This document shows, piece after piece, positions 55,879-64,000 of a DNA stretch of 64,000 nt (position 1 is its first letter; the number at the start of each line of letters is the position of its first letter). This stretch comes from Octopus vulgaris (taxonomy: Eukaryota), in the NCBI GenBank assembly GCA_951406725.2, contig OX597832.1:6076001-6140000 (forward strand). The letters run 5' to 3'. The notes under the pieces were generated by a model. It saw nothing but the letters and a program-made list of their open reading frames with translations, was not told the DNA's origin and made no database searches. Position numbers and translations under genes: made by a program.

Positions 55879-57123
55879 TTAGGTCGTCAAGTATGAAATT
55901 TATAGTAAGGTATATGGTAAACTTTGACAGCTGCTCATTTTGCGCCATTATTATATTTTGACAATCTTTAATTTTTTTTTAGAAAGCTGACTCATCTATT
56001 TCTTTATTCTAACTCATTTTGTGCTTTATAAATCGTTTTTTGGTGTTTTTGTTTAGAGATGGATTAGTCGGAAATTCGTACAGTTTAGAAATAAGAATTC
56101 CTTCTTGGAAAAACACAGACAGCTCGAAATGTTAATGGAGTATTTCTTTCTAATGTTATTACACAGCAGACAGTATCTAGTTGGTTTGCAAAATTTCGTT
56201 CTGGTAACTTTGACCTCATAAATGAGCAAGGCGGTCGACCAGAAACAAAGGTGGATAATGACGAACTGAAAGCCATTGTCGAGTCAGATCCATCTCAAAG
56301 TGCCTGTGAAATATCGTTGCTGTTTGGTGTTAGAAAGCAAACAATATTGACTCACCTAGTTCAAATCTGTAAACTGAAAAAGTTGGATAAGTGGGTTCCA
56401 CGTGAACTCACTGAAAATCAGAAACAGCAACGTTTGGAAGCCTGCATTATGCTACTTTCTCGTCACAAAAATGAATCACTTTTTAATCGAATTGTAACGT
56501 GTAATGAGAAATGGATCCAATACAACAACCGTAAACGTTCAGCACAATGGTTGGACAAAGGCGACCCACCAAACCACAGTCCAAAAAGCAAAGTTAATTA
56601 AAAGAAGCTGATGGTATATGTTTGGTGGTCTGGCGCAGATGTGATCCATTATGATTTCATTAAACCTGGTTCATCAATCACAGCCGTAGTATACTGCAAC
56701 CAACTGGACCAAATGATGTAGAAACAAAAATACAGCCTAGATTAGTCAACAGATCCACTCCTATTTTATTGCAAAACAACGCCAGACCACACATCGCAAA
56801 AATGACATTGGCGAAACTACAGGAGTTGGAAGTTCTCCATCATCCACCATACACACCTGATCTTGCCCCACTGACTACCACTTCTTCCAGAATTTGGATA
56901 ACTTTTTGATAGGAAAAAAATTTAATTCCGACGATGCTGTAAAATAGACCTTCCAAGAATTTTTTGACTCTTACAGTTCCATGCTGGACAAGCTACCGCT
57001 GAAATGGCAAAAGGGTATTGACAATATGGATGCATACATTGATGAATAAAACTATTCCTTGTATTTAGAAAACATTAGCAAACTTGTTTTTCTTTTCTAC
57101 AAATTTCCTACTTGACGACCTTA
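55879..57123 (+). mobile_element. Decayed mariner transposon
   Basis: TIRs TTAGGTCGTCAAGTATGAAATTT / AAATTTCCTACTTGACGACCTTA, TA-flanked; WVPRELT, IVTCNEKWIQY, NNARPH and YTPDLAP motifs. Confidence 0.95.
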
Positions 57124-57283
57124 TATAAAATACGTTGTCTGTATGTGTGTCCTCTATGCAAGGCCAAACCTCTGGATCAATCTGTAACCATACGTGGGGT
57201 AAATGAATAATTTGACCTGGAAAATAATAATACGGTTTTGATTTCTTTTTTTATCAAAAATAAATAATATTGCTTTATATGTA

Positions 57284-57819
57284 TAACAAGAGAACTCAGA
57301 GAGCGCAAACTTCTGCCAAGGCTTCTCAACGATTAGCGGGAGATGATTTTTAAAATGAGAATATCTGAAATAAATTTGACTGCTCTCACAAACGAGAATA
57401 CTAAAAATGAACCTGATCGCTCTCAAAAATTAAGGAAAAAAAAAAAAGCGGAAAAATAATCCAGAATCCTAGTCCGGTACCTGATCGACCCCAATGGTAG
57501 TCATAGAATGTAAAGGTGGGTGTACCGGTCGTGTTTGTAATACTGTGTGTGTCGTCTGCAGTGGAAACAGCGACAGTTTTCTCTATAAAGACCTTTTTTA
57601 GTCTGTCCACTGATATACTGTCATTACGACCATTAAGGTCTATAGGGAAAATTTTAGATCGACTCCAAAATCAAATCAGTTCGTGCTAGTCATGAGGCTA
57701 AACATCCCTGAAAGTTTCATCCGAATCTATCCAGCGGTTCTTGTGATATCTCGTCCACGGACAAACAAACAAACACAACTAAGAACAATATCTTCCGCCT
57801 TCTCTAAAGCGGAGGTAAT
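57284..57819 (+). mobile_element. Helentron-associated (HINE/DINE-1-like) non-autonomous element
   Basis: Starts TAACAAGAG; has a CAAA microsatellite before the 3' stem-loop CTTCCGCCTT..AAAGCGGAGG followed by TAAT. Confidence 0.6.
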
Positions 57820-58049
57820 ATCCCTTCTTCAAACCGTTTTGTCAATGTCAACTTCTTGTGTCTGGCGTTCTGACGTAGTAACTAAGTAACCAGCTATTTA
57901 CACACACACATATGTGTACATCATTACAGTTGTGACAATTTCTGATAAAAAAGAATTTCTAAAAGTACTTTCATTTCTTTATGTTCTTCTCCAGCTTTCT
58001 ATTTGTGTTTCTCTGCGTACGGGTTCATTTCTGTAAAGAAATTTTCCAA

Positions 58050-58344
58050 TGTCAACAGGTCTGCTTCATATATAAGATATATATTTATGTGTGTGTAAAT
58101 ACATTCCACATGGAGATAGACTCCTCTTTTTGATATGTCAACAGGTCTGTTAATATGTATTAATGTGAATGAGTGTGTAAAAATACATTCAATACGGAGA
58201 TAGACGCCTTCTTTTTCAAATGTCAACAGGTCTGTTTCATATATATGATGTATATTATTATGTGTGTGTGATATTCACACACACACACATACACACACCA
58301 TCTCCATACGGAGATAGCGGCCTTTTTTCATTTGCCAACAGGTC

Positions 58345-58391
<47 letters not shown>

Positions 58392-58462
58392 AAAGTAAAT
58401 AAATGGCACAACGAAGTACAGATATTTACTGGAAAATAGCGAACGTAATAAATACGACGCTA

Positions 58463-58560
<98 letters not shown>

Positions 58561-58850
58561 CATATATTTGTGTGTCCTCTATGAACGGCCAAACAGCTTT
58601 CCATTTGTGTATCCGTAAGTAAAGGATCATTTCCGAATAAAATTTCAATTTTCAACAGGTCTGTTTTATATATACAAGATATATATTTATGTGAGTGTGT
58701 GTGTGTGAGAAAAAATTCATACAGAGACACCTTTTCTTTCATTTACTTTATCAATTGTCAACAGATCTGTTTCATATACATAAGATATATAGTTGTGTGT
58801 GTGTGTGTGAGAGAGAGAAAAAATTTCATACGGAGAATGACGCCTTTTTC
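58050..58850. repeat. Degenerate minisatellite, six units of ~85-110 bp
   Basis: TGTCAACAGGTCTG..(TA/TG)n..CATACGGAGATAGAC recurring near 58051, 58136, 58221, 58333, 58652 and 58757. Confidence 0.85.
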
Positions 58851-59419
58851 TCAATTAATTGAATGAGGTACTATATATTGTACATTGATTTTCCAATACA
58901 TATTTCGGATATTTTTGGAACAAGCCGCCTTATTAGCACTTGATATTTCACATTTGAATCCTATATGATTATTTTTGGCACAACTCTACTTATTAACACT
59001 GGATATTTCTATTTAAATTCCAATGTGAATAATTATACTTGTATGTTGATAACTAACATTACATTGTAGTTGTGACTAACATTCAAAGTTGTTGGGATGC
59101 ACTGTGTAGACCCTTTCCAGTGTTGAATCTCTCTTGATTCCTGGATGCCCTTCAACAGTCTGACCGATGACATATCTCTTTCATTGTTTAGTTCTCTGTT
59201 GTCATGTGAGACTTCTTGCTAGAAAAGAGTCGAAGCAAAAGGATCTGTGCAACAAAGCTCAACGAAAGCAGTCAATGTATTTGAACCTGGAGCTTCAAGT
59301 TGCTGCTGGAGACGTTGTGCATTGTTTGGATTAAAGTATACTCGTTGGCCATTCATTAGATGTACAGTTAGATGGATAACAGTTGGATGCCGTTCATGCA
59401 GTGGAAAGTCTCCAGGCTG

Positions 59420-60727
59420 TCTCATTGCTGCTGCTGATGCTCTGCAGTACCCACTAATCTTCTGGCAAGGGCAAGCTGGACATCATTTTAACATTTCACA
59501 AGTAGATCCTAGCAAAAAACAGCCCGCTAACAGGAAGGTTTCAGCCAATGACTACTACGCTTACATGCTGATGATCCGCCCTGCCAATCCAAGCCCTCTT
59601 CTGCAATACGGTGACCTCTTCCATCAATTCCTGGTTGATGTGTATGCAAAGGTTGACAGCGAGCGCTTTCTCTTCATTCGCCAACATCAGAAAAAGCTAT
59701 ATGCGGAGTCATATGTCCACCTGTACGATGCCATTGCAGCAGATTGTGATGTCAGCAACATGGGACAGTTGGTCATTCTGCCATCTACATTCACTGGAAA
59801 CCCTCGGTATATGCACAAGAGAACGCAGGATGCAATGTCATATGTCAGGACATATGGACGGCCTGATCTTTCGTGACTTTCACTTGCAACCCTCTGGTGG
59901 GATGAAATCAAGGCCCTGCTTCTACTAGGACAACGTTCTCATCATAGGCACGACCTTTTTGCACGTTTTTCGGCAAAAGCTGTTGAAGATGTCAGCATGT
60001 AACTCTCACTGTGAAAGTATGTATGCAAGTATGTGAACAAAGCGTCAGACATGGCTGCTTTTGGCCTTCAGGAGGTAAACAAGAATGATGAGGTGACAAG
60101 CTACCAGATGGCATGCTACACTAGTAGCAACGAGGTAGCCTGGAGAGCGTTTAACTTTCCAGTGTATGAACGGCATCCAACTGTTATCTATTTAGCTGTA
60201 CATCAAGAGAATGGCCAGCAAGTATACTTTGATCCAGACAATCTACAACATCCTCAGCGGCAACTTGAAGATCCAGGTTAGCTATCTGGGATGCCACCTC
60301 ACCACTTACACTTAAAAAGGGGGCCCCGATCATACTGCTCAGGAATTTGGATCCACCGTGTTTGTGCAATGACACCAGACTGGTGATGAAATCGATGCGA
60401 CCCCATGTCCTAGAGGCAACAGTTATGATTGGGAACTATAAGGGTAAGGATGCCTTCATTCCATGGATCCCGTTAATCCCATATGACCTCCCCTTTGAAT
60501 TTAAACGGTTCCAGTTCCCAGTGAAACTAAGTTTCGCTATGACAATAAATAAATCTCAAGGACAGTCTCTCAAGGTTGTTGGACTTCACCTTGCTTCTCC
60601 TTGCTTCTTTCATGCGCAATTATATGTAGGATGTTACCGAGTTGGGAGTACTCAAAATCTTTTTATTTATACACCAACTAAAGGACACATTCAAAACGTT
60701 ATATATTTAAAAGCTCTAGATAATTAA
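59420..60727 (+). pseudogene. Helitron Rep and PIF1-type helicase remnants
   Basis: DALQYPLIF, LFHQFLVDVYAK, ILPSTFTGNPRYM, GRPDL, KYVNK, AWRAFNFPVYERHP, LLRNLD, FPVKLSFAMTINKSQGQSL. Confidence 0.95.
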
Positions 60728-61303
60728 ACTGTGATTGATTTCCGGATTTTTCAATACGTTTGTTTATACTCATGTCATGTGATAGAATTTTTGTTAAATG
60801 TATTTGTTAATAGGAGAGGAGCACCCCTAGGGCGATTCTTCTCAAATTTATGCATTTTCTGGTTCAACATGTTTCAAATTGAAGGTGATTCCAAAGACTA
60901 AGAACTACCTGCTTTTTTTAACAATTTTAACAGTGAGTTGGTACCTCAGCTAATAACTGTTATAAACTGCATAATCTATGTTTCATCTTACTTAGAGATT
61001 TAAAAGACATATTTAAATTTCATTATTTTCTGTAACCTGGGAAACGCCAGGTTATTAACGTATAAAGTTGGTATCTCAGCTACTAGGAGGTGAGACCTGC
61101 GTAGTCTGTGTTTCATGTTAGAGATCTAAAAGGCATTTTTAAATTTCATTATTTTCTTTAACCCGGGCAACCCGGGTATTTCTGCTAGTCTAAAAATAAA
61201 ATTAGCTTCAAAACACCAGCATATATGATAATCTCCGATAGTGCTTCACAGATAGTAGACAATATACCTTAGGAATAAGAATCCAAGTTTGAAATTTCCC
61301 CAA

Positions 61304-61349
61304 GACACCTGATAAAGGCTGAAGGATATATAAGCCGAAACGTTGTGTT
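61304..61349 (+). ncRNA. Minimal Penelope-type hammerhead ribozyme with G8A change
   Basis: GACAC-CUGAUAA-A-GGCU-12nt-AGCC-GAAA-CG-UU-GUGUU. Confidence 0.6.
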
Positions 61350-61429
61350 AACAACAAACAAAATGAGGACAAATATCCGTCAAATATAAATAATGTAAAT
61401 AATATAGCAATGTTGTTGCTCTATTCATT

Positions 61430-62540
61430 AGCAAAGTCTTCGAACGTATCTGGTATGTAAAGCTCTTATCAAAACTTTTCACCTGCAGCTGGTAGTTTTC
61501 TATCAGATTACATCATTCCATCATACGTGGTCTGATCAATATGTATCCGGACTGTTGCCATAGTAACGATGCTAAAGCACGCAGAGTGAAGCCGCTTGGC
61601 AGAGATTGACCTTGACCTCTGCTGTGTATGCGCACTAAGTTTTAACGTCCTAACTCATTTCCGCTATTTACAGCAATACTTCGAAGAAAGGTGTGATCAG
61701 ACCTCGTATATTGAGGGAACTCTTTCTATAGTTCTGTTATACCCCCAACTGCCTTCTTTCTATATGTCAATGATCTACTTACCTCCACATTGAACAATAT
61801 CCACTCTGTAGCAGATGACACGACTCTTTATTCCTTACTAACCAGTCTTTATACATGCATCATCCACATGAAACAGACATTTCATACCAAGCCTACATTC
61901 ATTCCATAAATGGAGTCCGCGGGAGCATCCTCCAGTGGGGCTATTCCAGCCCTTTTAACACCAAAACAACTTACTGAAGTACTACTCATAACAAGAAAGC
62001 ACTATTGCACTATAACCCACTCTAAACATGAGTGGCATTCAGCTGGAGTACTCTCAACCTCACTCTCATCGAAGATCTCTCCTTAGCATAACAAGAACAG
62101 CATCCCACTATAGCCTTTATCTTTAGGACCAAAAGATATTTCAGTCCCCAACAACTATCAACATTCTTCAAGGCTTAAGTGAGCCTCACAATGGAGTATT
62201 GCTTCTAAATCTGAGACGCACACTGACAACCTTGATCACGTCCGGGGAAAGGACACTCAGCTGATTGGTATTCCATCACAGTCGGACACACTCCACAAAT
62301 CTGATGTCCGCTCTTTTTTTTTCTACCACTATTATAATGGTCTCTTTTCTTGGAACTAGCTGGTCTCGTACCACTACCAATCAAGTACCCCCGTGCTACT
62401 CATCTCACAACCTCATGTCACCCTTAGTTTGTCGACATCCTCTTTCTCCGCACTAACCTCTATGCCCAATCATCCATACCTAGAAATTCAACCTTCTGGA
62501 ATCTCTGATCCTTTCTTCTCTTATTGCAATAAGATCTTTA
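61430..62540 (+). pseudogene. Eroded CR1/L2-like LINE RT remnant
   Basis: SKVFERIWYVKLLSKL and FYVNDLL..NIHSVADDTTL motifs, interrupted by a mariner TIR fragment. Confidence 0.6.
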
Positions 62541-62690
62541 ATTTAAGCCAGTTATTTTTAGAAGAGGGTATTAATGGAAACCACCAATCTCAGTACTTAA
62601 CTGGCACTTTATTTTATCGACCCCAGAGACATAACAGAAATAGTAGACGATGGTAGGATTTCAACTCAGAACACAAAGAGGCGGGAAACA

Positions 62691-62907
62691 CGCGAGGGTC
62701 TGAAAAGCTCCTGGCTTTGGGTAAAATAAAATACAGGAGGACTAGTTAATCATGATTTTATTCCAACTATTTCCCTCTCAGATTCACAAATTTATTGCAG
62801 CAATCCTTCAGATTTTCTAAACCCTGTAAAATAACTCGGAAGGTGGGGCCTCCAGCCTGGCCTTTCGTGATACCCTTAATGCGAGGAACTTTTCAGCACC
62901 CTCTCGT
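62691..62907. mobile_element. Mariner-type MITE
   Basis: CG.GAGGGT.CTGAAAAG.TCCT mirrored by AGGAACTTTTCAGCACCCTCTCG. Confidence 0.7.
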
Positions 62908-64000
62908 TTCGTCATCATCCTGGACGTTACTGTATTGATTCATAGGACTCACAGGAACAGTTATCTGGGGTTTTTTATGGCGTATAAGTGAGCGAAAACA
63001 CATTCCCCTCGAACGAAACCCAGTCCACCGCAGAGTTTCTTATTTATAGCAGAGTAGACTGGACTAACATGAAATGAAATGTTCTGTTCATGAACACAAC
63101 ACACTGCCCGGTCCGAGAATTGAATCCACGATCTTGCAAGCAACACCCTAACCATTAGGCCACGCATCTTCACGGAGAAACACACCGCAAAGTTTTTTTT
63201 TTCTTCCAACACTCTGGAGAATATTGCCGGCTCACTGCCTAGATTTTCATCAGAATAATAGATGCAATTTATGAACAATCACAATAGATACTTCTGTCTC
63301 CAAGCGTAAGAAAGCATACAATGGTATAATTCAAAATAAACAGTAGAGCTTGTAACAAAGAAATGCTTCATTATATCCGTTCTTGATAATAAGAAAAAAA
63401 ATCGGAACCACTGCTAAGAACTACCAAGTACTCGGATAATGTCCGCTGGATGGACAGTATCTGATCAACAAAGACAGCTTGTGGCGAGACAGGTGATTCG
63501 TCATATTGTTCGATAAATTCACTGGATTTTTTTTCTTCTTCTACTTGGCAATTCATCATCATGAGTCTGAAAAGAGGAAAACTTTATTCAAATTTCAAAA
63601 ACGATAAACAAAAGTGTTGAAAGAAGAATAAAGCTACAAAATGTCATAAAACACTATGATGGAAATGTTTTTCTTGTTAATTCAAATAATAGTAGAAAGG
63701 TTGAAAATAAATGGGAGAAAGAAGAAACAGGAAAGCACATTTATCTGACAAAGAAAGCAATATTTATTTATTTTTAATTTGGATTCGTATTCTATTCATT
63801 AATTTCATTTGGTATTGCCTCTATCTCAGATGAAATTTGAATTTGAAAAAAGAAATGTTCAGGTTTGGAACGCTTTCGTTGTAAAAAAAATATCCGAATC
63901 CCCACAAAAGATGAGACGGTGATGTTTGGAAAAATGCCTAAGAAGTACAAAAAAGTTAGGGAAAAAAAGGATAGTTAAGGTTTGATACGGTTTCAAATTT

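Larger units (their letters stand above)
57124..61188 (+). mobile_element. Rearranged, internally deleted Helitron
   Basis: Rep and helicase remnants; 3' hairpin CCCGGGCAACCCGGG plus CTAG|T at 61185-61189; 5' limit inferred from TATATAAAA..GTCTGTATGTGTGTCC. Confidence 0.75.

Noticed and set aside
58050-58850. CRISPR-like repeat-spacer appearance
   Set aside because: The spacers are homologous to each other and microsatellite-rich, the context is eukaryotic and there are no cas genes; this is a minisatellite inside a Helitron.

Overview
This is AT-rich eukaryotic, repeat-saturated DNA with no intact host protein-coding gene that I can recognise. The SINE families and microsatellite load suggest an octopus/cephalopod genome (inference from memory). 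Most ORFs in the track are microsatellite artefacts. The window holds: a near full-length decayed Tx1/L1-clade LINE between two (GATA)n arrays; RTE, Hero-like, R4-like and CR1/L2-like LINE remnants; three mariner-derived elements; hAT-type and other MITEs; several Helitrons, including a head-to-tail pair and two complementary deletion derivatives of one family; and many tRNA-derived SINEs. The most interesting layer is a set of small non-coding inserts in (TA)n/(CA)n tracts that carry hammerhead-ribozyme cores or fold-back palindromes, which is Penelope/retrozyme-like. Two unrelated insert families (13506-13569 and 53919-53984, minus strand) encode the same non-circularly permuted, pseudoknotted hammerhead with entirely different stem sequences. 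The Tx1-like LINE shares its 3' tail with one abundant SINE family, and one palindromic family occurs twice beside ~180-bp copies of neighbouring DNA. Coordinates were read by eye; element ends are approximate unless TIRs or TSDs are quoted.
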